A stretch of 64,000 nt of DNA from Convolutriloba macropyga (Eukaryota), in NCBI RefSeq assembly GCF_964194025.1, contig NC_134482.1, positions 15,562,001-15,626,000 of the forward strand, given 5' to 3'. Every line of letters begins with the position of its first letter. Position 1 is the stretch's first letter. A model generated the notes under the pieces. That model ran no database searches. It worked only from the letters and a program-made list of their open reading frames with translations, and was not told the origin of the DNA. Of the stretch, positions 27,501-39,699 are shown piece by piece. The position numbers and the translations under genes were made by a program.

Positions 27501-30071
27501 AGCCCGTGTAGCATGGTGGTTACTGTACAGGACGGGCATTCGGGAGGTCGCGATTGGGAACCCGTCACTAGTTTTTGCATCATAAAATTTCTAGCCTATG
27601 TCTCTCCAAATTATTTGCCTCGCCAAATAGCAATTCGTTCGAAGTTAGTGGGTTTGCTTTTACACAGGAGCTTGATAGCACCAGTAGCTGGAGTATTCTG
27701 ATGATTTTGACATTTGCTTCTTATTAAGAGCCGCCTCAGCTTCTCAGCTGGCTATTATAGCGCTCCTTTTTTTTACTTCGTCGCAGAAAAAAAAATTAGA
27801 TCACAGCTTATTAATTGCTCTCAAATGAAGTTTGTAGCAATTATATTAGTCCTGTCGGTCTTTTATGCGATTTTTCGCTCGACCGATTTCTTGTCTGACA
27901 CTTTTGACTTTTCATCCTCAAAAACGGGATAAACAGGTAGCGCCCAGCGGGCCTTAAGTGCTCTTAGAGCCTTTCAGCTCTGTTTAGCTATAACCGTTTT
28001 GGAGACGTATACTTATGGTGTGAAGGGCAGTTCCTAGAGGTTGAAGGCGCCCCCATTGTTGACCCCCACACACTATTGCCCCCCACCCCCCTCCTCGGGC
28101 TGCTGCCCCACACCCTCACCGGGCTGTTGCCCCCCACCCGACTGTTGCCCACCCCTCCCTCCCAATCAGCCCCCCTCCCCCCGGCTACTGACGAACAACT
28201 GATCTGTCGATACTAATTTTTACAATTTTTTTGCTTTTTGAAAATTTTTGTAATTTTTTGAGTTCTTTCAGCCCTAGGTGTCAAGGATCCTCCTCTAGAG
28301 TTTTATGAAATCTAACTGCATAGTTTCTAGTGGTAGTGGAATGGTTTAAACAGTTTAACATTACGAATTTTATCGTTTGTTTGACAAATTTTTTCATTGA
28401 CATTTTTTTCATTTTTCAGGTCTTTCCAGACGCAGGGCCGGAAAACGTGTCCTTAGGCGTTTGATAATAAGTTACTGAATTTTTTTTTTGCCATGGAATA
28501 TTTTTCAATTTTTTAATACGAAAAATTTTACCATTTTTTTTCATAAAACTTGAATTTCAAGTTTTTTGGAAATTGTTGTTGGTTTTTGGATTTCTAGCCG
28601 CAAGATCCCAGAAACCTCCTATAGGGTTTTACAATATGTTACTGTATACTTTCTAAATGTCATGGAATGTTTTTCAAGATTTCAACACCTCGAATTTTAG
28701 CATTTTTAAAAAAACTTTCAATTTTTCATTTTTTCAAGTTTCTTGTCATTATTCAGGTTTTTCAGCCGAAAAAAGAATCTCCGTTAGGATTTGATAATAA
28801 AGTTACTGGAAAATGTTTTTGGCAATGGATTAGTTTTCAACTTTTATCACAAAGTTTAGCAGTTTTTAATGCAATTTGCGATTTTCAAGTTTTTTGAGAT
28901 TTTGTCATTTTTTAGGTTTCTCCAGCCTCAAGAGTCACATAACCTCCTCTAGGGTTTGATTATAGGTTAATGCATAGCTTCTAGATCTAATGGAATGTTT
29001 TAAAGATTTTAATATCAAAATTTGTTAAATAATTTTGCAATTTTTTCAAGTTTTTTTTTAATCTTTTTGAATTTTTTATAATTTTTTCCGGCATCAGGTA
29101 CCCAGGGACCCGCTCGAAGGTTTGACAACAAACTGCAGATTAGTTTCTACAGTTATTGAAATTGTTATCAATATTATTGACTCCAGCTTTAGCAATTTTT
29201 TATTGTAGTTTAATTTTTTTCCAAATTTTCGGAAAATTATTATCAGAGTTTATGAATCTTTACGAACCAGTGAAATTATTTAAAGCTTGAAAAAGGCATA
29301 CTGGATAGTCTTTTGAGACAATGAAATGGTTTTGAAGATTTTAATATCTTGAATTTTAGCAAGATTTTGTTAAAATTTGCGACCGTTTTCAAAATTTTTT
29401 TTGATTATTTTGACCTTTTCTGAGTTTAACGTCATTACGGGACCACGAAGCTTTTCAAGTCTTGCCGACGGGTTACCTGACATAACTCCGAAGACTAAAA
29501 ATAGTTTTGAACATTTTCACTGCGAAATTTTGAAGCTTTTCTTTTAAATTAGCAATATTTTTCAAAATTTTAAAATATCAGTTTTTGATTTTTTTAACAA
29601 TGCTAGAAATCTAAAAGTTGCAGAGTCGAATCAAGCTAAAGCTATTGACGAAGCCAACCGCCCGCCGTTCGTTTGAGAGCAATTCGCACGACGTTAGTCA
29701 GTTATGTTTCAACATTTTGCGTGATATCTTTTTGATTGTTCTAGGGTAGTTTCACTCTTCTTTCATTCTGCTAAAAGTGTTTTTAGACAGCAGTTGCTCA
29801 GCAAAACAGTTCAGAATCAACAGTCAGTATCAAAAAATGAAATCAAAAGTAGAAATGGGATAAACCCATAAAGCCCAATTTTAGATACCCGTTACTGAAA
29901 ACTTTGTTCCTGGTTACCATCTCTAATGCTTATTGGTATTGATACTAGCTCCTGTGTCTTCTCACTACGAAACAGGAGTAAATTCAGCTTCAAAATGACA
30001 TAAAAAAAGTTTGCACTTCAAAAATTTTTTGTGTACAAAAAGGTATTTTATAATGCTTTCTTTCTCTTTCA
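24586..30071. repeat. Direct tandem duplication of a ~2.73-kb unit of a composite, Helentron-like non-autonomous repeat
   Basis: Unit 1 (~24586-27312) aligns end to end with unit 2 (~27313-30071), e.g. ORFs at 25935 and 28667; the junction carries TCTT(T)CA microhomology. Confidence 0.92.
24777..24851 (+). mobile_element. Degenerate tRNA-derived module (second copy at 27502-27576)
   Basis: GTGTAGCATGGTGG ... GGGAGGTCGCGGTTGGGAACCC ... ACTAGTTTTT; same flanks (TTGCTAAAATAAAA..GATTG) as the 15938 copy. Confidence 0.6.
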
Positions 30072-31589
30072 ATACCAATCTTTTATGGGAAGCAACGACG
30101 GCTAATTTTCGGCGATCTTCCGGTTATGTTTATAATATGGTTTTAATTTCAGGATCGTTTTGAAAGGGATTTTAAGATTTGTGGTAATTAATATGATTTT
30201 GATGCTAAATTGTAGATTTTCATCTATTCTATTGATTTTTAGGCGAATTTCGCCTAATTTGCATTTTTTCGCTTATTGATTTGTTTTAATGTCTTTAGTA
30301 AGGTTTAAAAGGTTTTTTAATTACGGAGTTTTTAGAGGTCAGTTGAGTACAGTTTCGTTATGATGAAATATTTGTTGTTGGGAAATATGACAAAATAAGA
30401 CATAATAAGTGAAGAGATAAAGCGAGTGGTTTTGCGGTGTGAATAGTTTCCACTCTTATTTTTAAGTAGAGTAACATGACGGTTATTGAACAAAAATTCG
30501 GGGTCATGGAAATTGTTTTTAATTTGCATGTGGCAATTTGAAATCAATTGTTTTTCTCCTAAGTGGTTTTTGAATCCTTCCAAAGCCGATTCTAGGTCTT
30601 GTGCTGTAGGTATATTCAATGAAATTTTTTTGAACTGTATTTCGGTTCTTAAATAGAATTCTAGAATTGTCTTCGTCTCGCTTTGTTTTTTTTTTTCGTG
30701 AAGATTTTTGTTTCGGCATTTTGACGTCGCGATGACATGAGTTGCTTGCGTGACATCATTTTTCACTTATTTGAGCTAGTTTTTTTGTTCAATCGCTTGA
30801 TTAATTTTTTGGTCACACATGACTGACCTCACTCTCAAAATTGACTTTCCTCACTATCAAAATTACCTTCAAGAAGATAAGCTCTACCGCATGTGTGAGA
30901 CTCTTATTGATGGTTATTTGAGAGCAGCTGGTAGAAGACGCAATAAGTTATATAGATTTTTAATCAAAATTTAGCATGTGGGCAATTAATAAAAGTTGGA
31001 GAAATTTCTCTGTTCAGGTCTGTTTTTTTATTAATTTCTCTCGAACGAAGTTTGATTTAATTATTATAATTGTCTTTTTATGCAAAATTTTGGTTGGACC
31101 GTCAGACTAGAGGTTAGGGGTTTGAGACCCTTGGGGGTTGTTTTTTTACGCCTTTGAAACCTTTCTAAGCTACATTCTGTCTGATCTCAGTTGCACCGCC
31201 TGTCGTTCGAGAGCAATTCCTCCGGCGTTATAAAGCATCTCAGCAATAAATTAAAATAGAACTTTCTTTTTTTGGTCTTTTTTAAATCTTTTTGTAACTG
31301 CAGATCTACAAAATTAACAGATCTTCGCGGCTAGTTTCTTGCAATCTTCCAATTGTTTCATAGCATTTATTTGGGTCTTGCTGGTGTTCTTTTTCTGGAA
31401 TTTTTCGCATCATTAGTTATTTTTTCTGACCGATTCAACTCTGTCCTCAGAAACCGGACAAAGGATTTGAAATACCGGACAGCTTTGTGTCTGTGCAGTT
31501 CTCGCAGGTTTGTCCAAGTCGTTTGATGTATATTTCACCAAAGCTGCCGACGAGGTATACAGTCAGGGTCTGAGGGACAATGTTGTTTA

Positions 31590-33297
31590 TTTATTAATTG
31601 CTCTCAAACAAAGTTTGTAGCAATTATATTAGTCCTGTCGGTCTTTTTTTATGCGATTTTTTCGCTTGACCGATTTTTCGTCTGACGCTTGTGACTTTTC
31701 GTCCTCAAAAACGGGATGAACAGGTAGCGCCCAGCGGGCATTCAGTGCTCTTAGAGCCTTTCAGCTCTGTTTCAGCTCAAACTGTTTCGGAGACTTATAA
31801 TTATTGTGTGAAGAGAGGTTCTTAGAGGTTGAAGACCCCCCCGCAACTGTTGACCCCCCCACTATTGCCTCCCCACCGCGCTGTTGCCCCGCCCCACCCG
31901 ACTGTTGCCAACCCCATCAGAACCCCCCATGTCTAGTTACTGAGGAACAACCGGTCGCTGAAAACACGCAAATTTATACAAATTTTCACAATTTTTTTCA
32001 AGTTTTTTTGAAAATTTTTGACATTTTTATAAAACTTTTTGTCAAAATTTTGAGTTATATCAACCCTAGATGTCAAGGAGCCCACTCTATGGTTTGATAA
32101 TAGGTTACTGCACAGTTTCTAGTGGTAATAGAATGGTTTCAACATTTCAACTTCGCGAATTTTTGCAATTTTTTGAAACTTGCAAATTTTTTCAAGGTTT
32201 TTGAAAATTTTTGTCGGTTTTTAGGTTTATCCAGCCTCGAGCCAAGGAGTCTCTCCTAGGTTTTCATGATAGGGTACTGTATAGTTTCAAGATTTTAACA
32301 TCACGAATTTTAGCATTTTTTTTTGAAAAAATAGCATTTTCTATTTTTTTTAAGCATTTTATTGTCATTATTCAAGATTTTTCAGCCTCAGGGTTCAGAA
32401 AATCTGCTTAAGGTTTTGATAATATGTGGCTGCATAGTTTTTAATGGTAATGGAATGGTTTTCAACTTTTTAATATAACAATTTTATCGATTTATTTTTT
32501 ATAAAACTTGCAATTTTTTCAAGTTTTTTGACAATTTTTGTCGTTTTATAGGTTGATCTAGCCTCAAGAGCCAAGGAACATCCTTTACAGTTTGATAACA
32601 AGTTATTGTATAGTTTCTAGATGAAATGGAGTGGTTTTAAAGATTTTAACTTTTAACGAGTTTTAGCTTTTTTTTGAAAAATTTTCGGCAATCTTCATGT
32701 TTTTTTTGAAATTGTCATTTTTTGAGGTTTTTCCAGCCTCAAGAGCCAAGAAGCCTCCTTCGAGGTGGGATACTAACCTGCTGCGTGGTTTCTAGATTTA
32801 ACGGAATGGTTATTATTATTTCAATGACTTGAGTTTTAGAAATTTTTTGATAAATTTTAATTTGAAAAATTTTTGTAAACTTATCATGTTCCAAGTGTAT
32901 GGATCTTTATGAGCCAGTGAAACTGTTTAAGGCTTAAAATAGGCGTACTATATAGTCTCTTGAGACAATGGATTGGTGTTCCAATGATATTATTATCACG
33001 AGTTTTAGCAAGATTTTGTTAAATTTTGCAATTGTTTTAAAAATTTTTGAATATTTTTGTCCTTTTCTGAGTACAACGATCATTACTGGCCAACGAAGCT
33101 TTTCAAGTCTTGCAGATGGATTACATGACAAAAATCTAGAGACAAAAAATGTTTGTGAACGTTTTCTTTACTGCGAAATGTGAAAACTTTTCTTTTGATT
33201 TTTGCACGTTCAGTTTTTTTCTATATGATTTAGTTACTAACAAGTTAAGAAAACTTGAAGTTGTAGAGTCGAATCTCATCATGGAAAAAATTCCTAG

Positions 33298-33329
<32 letters not shown>

Positions 33330-33600
33330 TGCTCTCTCTGAGTTGGCTGGCGTTTCTTTCCTTCTTCTCGCTCACGTTTAATCTCTCTCTCTCTCTCCCC
33401 TTAATTCTTTTGTTGATGCCGCACTTCAGCGGCTGTTATATGGCTTGAGGTCATCGTCTATTACCCTAACCTCAGGCTCCTTCAATCAAGCAAAATCTAT
33501 CCGCACTAAACATTGGCTAGTTACTGACGAAGCCAACCGCTCGCCGGTCGTTTGAGAGCAATTCGCCCACACGTTAGTCGGTTATGTTTGTGCCCTTATT
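31590..33600 (+). repeat. Diverged copy of the composite repeat (C-rich minisatellite, ~170-bp subrepeats, (CT)n)
   Basis: Collinear with 25077-26960, from TTATTAATTGCTCTCAAA...GTCCTGTCGGTC to CTGACGAAGCCAACCGC...GTTAGTCGGTTATG. Confidence 0.85.
33303..33396. repeat. (CT)n microsatellite
   Basis: Interrupted TC runs. Confidence 0.9.
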
Positions 33601-35070
33601 CAATTTTCTTACTTCATCAGGCTTAAATGTTTATTTTTTATTTCCAACTTCACTGTTTTTTAAAATACTTTGCGCGTATTATGACTTGTCTGGTAAAGAT
33701 TTTCTGACTTGTCTGGTATGGCTCACTGTTTATATTCGCATTTGGAGAGAATTTCAAGTGGTGTTACTTCACTACTAAAAGTCAAATGAAAAGTGCACCA
33801 AAATTGGTGTAATTTTTCCCTTCAATTTTTATTAGTGATTATAGTTGTGTATAATAACCTCTAATGACGTTTTTTGAAGCCCTCCTTAGTGAATTTAGCC
33901 CCCGACCCGGCCGCAATAGATTAGAGCTACCACTAGTTGTTCGAGAGCATTTCTTCCGCCGTCAGTCGGTTATGCCTCTAATAGTTCTTCAAAAAAAACT
34001 AAGACGAGTAATTCCATCCTTTTTTATACCGTAACTTTTATCCAAAATCAGCTCATGGAAATAATAACCGTTTCTTTTCCTTCAATTTACTTTTCGTGTC
34101 TCTTTTGGGATATAAATATTGGAATTGTTGCCTCTGGGGTCTTTAGTTACGCCCTGTTGTATATATTTTTGCTGTAATTCATTCAAGATTTCAGTTCTGA
34201 AATAGTAAAATCAATTTTGTTTCTAACATTTTTGCCCATTAGAAGAAGACTTTGTGCACGGAACTACCCTCGTGAATCGATTGTAGCAACTTTAAAAGGT
34301 CAGAGTGGAAGAAAAATAAAAGGTTGCAATTAAATTAGAATAAATAGAAATTTTTGAAGTTTCTTAAAATGTTGTTTCCCCAAGTTTGTCTATAGAAAAC
34401 GCTTTATGGTTAGTAATTTCATGACGTTTGTCCCATTCTGCAAAACATTTTGCACACCGACCGAGCGCTTAATTGAGGAAATTTGAAATCAGGAGTTTTC
34501 AATTATTCATTAAAGTCTATTTAATTTTTGCAGTAGCATGATTAGGCTTATTTTGCAATGTATAATAGTTGTACTGGTAATAATACTATTGTTGATTTTG
34601 TGTGTGTTTTGTCGTAGACAATGCGTTGGCATCATTAAATATACTTTCAAAATCGACATCATATTTGAATTTTAACCCACTGTAATCTGATTATACGATG
34701 ACAAATATTTGCTCAAACACTTGACCGAGTTTATTGTATTCACTTTCAATTTGATATGGGTTTCAAATGTACCTATATGCTCTTCAAATGATCTTGTTAT
34801 TATGTAGAGTGGGTCAATCAACCTAAGATCAAAATCTTATCAGCGCCCAAATTTGTGTTCGATGTGTTAACATGATACGCGTACTGAATTGAGAACTTAA
34901 ACAGATGGCGACAAATTGTCACCGAGAAATGGATGATCACTTTTCGATTGGGACTAGTGCTTTAAACCGTTTGAAACTGGCGACGTTGTTTTAGATTCCG
35001 CTTGACATGCAACGAGAGGTGCAAATTCCAATCGCCCTCACCAGAACAGGTAAGCTAGCAAACATTTGTC

Positions 35071-35221
35071 GGGTCTCTCCCACCCCCGTAGGCTATGCAC
35101 CCCGAGTTACAGTGCACATGCCATTACATCGTAAATCATTGTGTAAAAATATTGCACACGTGCGTCTGGGGGTGCAAATAATATGCACCCACTAAGCTGG
35201 GGGGACGAACGAAAAAGATCC
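35071..35221. mobile_element. MITE (151 bp), same GG...CC family, near-perfect 8-bp TSD
   Basis: GGGTCTCT... / ...CCACTAAGCTGGGGGGACGAACGAAAAAGATCC; flanks CATTTGTC / CGTTTGTC; its right arm is the reverse complement of the 6169 left end. Confidence 0.75.
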
Positions 35222-35639
35222 CGTTTGTCAATAATTCAGAACTATTTTGTCTCGCTTCACGGGTAGAAATCAACAATTTCGACACAAAAACCATTATAAA
35301 ATTTTTTTGATTTAGTTTGGTGAACACGCGGGCGGGGATGCAACCTTAAATATGGAATTTTCTTTATTGTATTTTTTTGAACTGGGAGGCCTTGTTTCAT
35401 TTTATTTATGGGAGGCTGGTTTTTTCTTCAATCAAATTTTCCCTTGTTCAAGCATCGTAAACATCTTCTTGTGACTCTTTCAGGCCACGCTTATTTTTAA
35501 AAAAATACTTTCATTGAAAAAGAAAAATTTCTCTTAACTGCACTCAGTTGCCTCCAAAATGTGAACATAATCTTTTCTATTACAACAAAAGAAAGGTGGA
35601 GTATTTATGTTATAGAAGTATTTCAATGATATTTATATA

Positions 35640-37339
35640 ATTAATAGCCGCCCCAGCTTCTCAGCCGGCTATTATAGCGCTCCTGATTTTTTACAATTCA
35701 AAGAATTTGAATTGTATTGGGGCGCTGTCTTTTTTTTAAGATCTGTTCACACATTTTCATGATTTTTGAAGTCAAATTGGAGTAGTGATTTTGGTCACTC
35801 CGTAACAGGAAATGGAGCGAAAAAGCGAGTGGTTTTGCGGCGTGAAATTTTTTCGCTCTAATTTTTAAGTTCGCCTTCTCGCTAGTGGTTTTTTGTTCAC
35901 ATATTGCAATTTCAATTTGGTTTTTACTGTTTTTTCAATTTTTTGGATAGGTTTTTTTTCTCAATGGTTTTCTCAGTCCATTCATAGTTCATTCTAGGCC
36001 TAATTTTTTGTTGGAACCAAATTTCTCTTTCTCGCGTGTGGTTTTTTGTTCACATGCGGCATTTTTACATTGATTTTCAGTTTTTTAAATAAATTTTTGC
36101 TATCTGATTTTTTGGAAATGGTTTTCCCAATTCATTCATTGTCCCTTCTAGATCTAGTTTTTGTTTAGTCAATGAAAATTCTTTAAGTTCTACGTCAGGA
36201 CTTGTCCTGCTATGTTTTTTTACCTCGTCGAATAAAAATTTTTCGCTTTACCTTATTTCACAGCTTGTTCAACATTTTGCGTGAAATCTTTTTGACTTCT
36301 CTTGGCTGTTTTCAATCTTCTCTCATTGTGCTTCAATTGTTTTTATACAACATTTGCTCAGCAAAGTAATTCAAAATGAACAGATTCAGTATCAAAAACG
36401 AAATCAGAAATAGAGACGGGATAAACCCATAACGCCCAAATTTAGATGCCCGTTACTCGAACTTTGTTCTTAGCTACCATTTCTAATGCTTATTGTATTG
36501 GTACTAGTCCCTGTGTGGTCTCACTACGAAACAGGAGTACGTTCGGCTGCAAAGTGATATCAAAATAGTTTGCAGTTTTATATTGTTTGTACAAAAATCA
36601 TTTTCACCAGTATTTTTCTCTTTAAATTTCAATCTTGGTTATGAGAATCAACGGGGGCTATTTTTGGGCAATCTGTTGGGTGTGTTTATATGAATTAGTG
36701 TTTATTTTGTTTTATAGGTTGAAACTAAAATCTAGTAAAATATACGTTTTCAACAATTTGGAATAAAATACACATCTCAAATCAGGGGATTCGAGTTATC
36801 TTGATTTTTATATAGCTGCCGTCAGCCTATTCTTATTTAGGCTATTACTTAAGCCTTTTCGCTTCTCTACAATTCAAAGAATGTGAATTGTATTGGGGCG
36901 CTGTCTTTTAAAGATCTGTTCACACATTTTCATGATTTTTGAAGTTACATTGGAGTGATTGTTTTGGTCACGCGAAAACAGGAAGTGGAGCGAAAAAGCG
37001 AGTAGTTTTTTGAAGTGAACTTTTTCCATTCTAATTTTTAAGTACAGTGAGAAAACGGTGTTTGAACAAAAATTCGATTTTTCGCCAGTGGTTTCTAGTT
37101 CACATGCGGCATTTTCGCTTCGGTTTTCAATTTTTTTCGTTGTTTGATTTTTTTTCTAAATGGTTTTCTCAATCCAGTCATAGTCCATTATAGGTCTAGT
37201 TTTGTTTTCTAGTCAATGAAAATTCTTTGAATTGTAGGTCAGGACTTTTCCTGCTATGTTTTTTTATTCGCTTTATCTTTTGATCACGTTCTTCGTCTTA
37301 CGTAAGTCACGTTTGACTTCTGACTTACCTCACTCATTG
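35640..37339 (+). repeat. Two diverged copies of an interspersed repeat with terminal hairpins (third copy ~23700-24330)
   Basis: CAATTCAAAGAAT(T/G)TGAATTGTATTGGGGCGCTGTC..AAGATCTGTTCACACATTTTCATG at ~35694 and ~36870; hairpin TAATAGCCG..CGGCTATTA at 35642. Confidence 0.75.
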
Positions 37340-37893
37340 TGTTGGCGCCACTTCAAAACAGCTACAAAAGCCATCAGATAGCAAGAAATAACGTTTGAAA
37401 CTGAAAAAAACTTAGAATTTGTCAAAACTCAAAAATTGTCAAAACTGAAAATTTACAAGTTGGGACCGAAAATCTGTACACCCCCCCCCCGATTTTTGAA
37501 AGGCAAAACACGAGCTACCCGAGGTTATGGCACACGGTTAGAGTTACCTCTGAGCTACTGAAGGACCCAACGAAATTTAGTGCATCATACCCATTGGTGT
37601 GGCTATTAACACTTATATGGTGCAAAAAGTGCTTTTTTCGATATTTTGTCATTTATTGTTAACTTCTTAAATTGTTAATTCTATGATCCCTTAGGTGTTT
37701 ATTAAAGGTCATGTCTCATACATTTGAGGCATTTAGTGCTACGTAATAACCATCCGTGCTTATGTCAACAAAAGTAAATATTGTAGTAATTCGACATTTA
37801 CTATGTAAACAATGACCTAAATCATTTTCTTGATTAACCAATCAGAAACAACTAGCGATGATGTTATAAATGATAAATATTTGAGCCGCAACA
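37340..37893 (+). mobile_element. BEL/Pao solo LTR (type A, 554 bp) with 5-bp TSD CATTG
   Basis: CATTG|TGTTG...CAACA|CATTG; removing it restores the host repeat seen uninterrupted at ~24025-24130. Confidence 0.9.
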
Positions 37894-38990
37894 CATTGTT
37901 TTAATTGAATAGATTTTAAGTTCTTTCACGCATTGAATTACGCATTGTGGTGAATACGGCCAAAGTCAAAAGAGCAAAATCGAAAGATCAAAAGAAACAG
38001 GATAAGCATGTAAAGCCCGATCATTAAGTCGTAGTCCATTAGGTTGCCAAAGTTCATTAAAGTGATTGCTGATTGGCATTAGTTTTCTGCTTAATAGCGT
38101 TGTGTTTGGAAGCTGAAACAAGTGTTCTTTTGGAATCTAACCGAATATGCAGAATTTGCACACCAAATGGAAAAAAAATTGACACTTAGAAAAATCCTGT
38201 CAAGTTTTCTTATTTTTTTCTGTTTCAATCCCAATATGGGTCAGCGGCTGCTATTTTCCGGCAATTTGCTGGCTATGTTTTTGTTGGCTTTTCCCAACTG
38301 TTTAACAAACTGAAAATTAGGAAAATATGAAACTTCTTGGAACACATGCCCTAAAACGCTTGAAAAACACATTTAGAGATCAAATTGACTCAAAAGTTGC
38401 AGAATTGAGATATTGGATTTTTGAAATACTAAAAACGGAAAATAATTTTAAAAATTATCGTAGAAAACAGTTTATTTTCTCGTTTCATCTTCAAATAATC
38501 TATTTCCAAAATTTTAAAGTGAGTTTCAAAATTAAGTCAAGCAGGTGGTTTTCATTCAAGAATTAGCAACTGCAGTCGACCGAACTAGTACGGAGTTATC
38601 AATATTTTTTAGAATTAAGATAAATGAGGGTTAAATTTTTAATGAAGTATATAGAACCATTAGAAACTGTTATACAGAGCAGTTGGCTCTCAGATTGGCT
38701 AAAACTTGATTCTTTAACAACTTTAGTCTTTTTTGCTAAGTTTTGCTAGATCTTAAGATCTTGCGAATTTTAAGTTAATTGAGCTTACATAACGAGAATT
38801 TAGCAACAATACTGGCTACAGGCTGAGGCCTTACAAAGTTCAGCACGAGATTGGACATAGATTATCACTAAGGATTTTCTTAACTTCAATCAACAAAATT
38901 AAAGTTAGTCCTTTAATACGTCCGAGCGACTAATTATTTCTGCGAGATCGTTAGTGCGTAATTCAAACGTAAACATTTGAAATAAAAATG

Positions 38991-39051
38991 GGATCTTTTT
39001 TGTTTCGAAAAATTTATACTCACTAGGCTGGGGGGGGAACAGAATAGATCC
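38991..39051. mobile_element. 61-bp minimal TIR element (copies at 48749-48808 and 58512-58571)
   Basis: GGATCTTTTTTGTTTC ... CTGGGGGGGGAACAGAATAGATCC; the right end matches the 11079 MITE; flanks TAAAAATG/AAAAATTG (degenerate TSD). Confidence 0.6.
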
Positions 39052-39699
39052 AAAAATTGTTATCTTTAAAACTCAATATTTCGTCGAGAAGCGACTTGAG
39101 AAAATCTTTTCATCGATCGGTTCAGTTTTTTTTAGGTCTTTTCATTGGTACCGAGTGAAAATCTCTCTGAAAAAGAATATCCGTCCACTTAGTTTGTCAC
39201 AAATTAGAGGGCTCATATAATGTTTTTAACCCGCATTACTTTGGGGTTTGTATCAACTAATTATCTTAGGAAATTTGCAGAGGGCTGCTATGCGAAGCGA
39301 ATGTTAAGCGAAGAATCAAAGACTGTCATTAACAACCAATAACTCAAATAGACACTCGCGACCCCAGATGTCGATGATTTATAATAAAATCTTCATGAGG
39401 CAACGTTGTTGATTAACCAAATCAAATACAGATCCCATTTTTGTTTGAGTGTGAATTACAAAGAAAAGTATGCAGTTGAGGGTTATGCAGAATGGTTGTA
39501 CTTAAAATTAATGACTGCAGCATCTGTATTTTGTTAAATTTTTCTAATAGTCGACAATATTAGTTGAAGGTTGCCAAATAGAAAATAAAAGTTTTGCATT
39601 TGTCCATTCGTTTTTTTAGTAATTCAATCAGAAATCATTAACGTAGGTTTTTTGGACGTACTCTAAATCTAATCAATCGCTAAGAAGGGCAATTCAGAC

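Noticed and set aside
25935-33778. Short F/L/K/I-rich ORFs (25935, 27130, 28667, 30332, 33149 and others)
   Set aside because: They arise from T/A-rich repeats and microsatellites and have no domain signatures.
34243-34298. Possible exon (CATTAG..AAAAG|GTCAGA)
   Set aside because: The phase-0 reading hits TGA and the open frame does not join the neighbouring candidate exons; too weak without RNA data.
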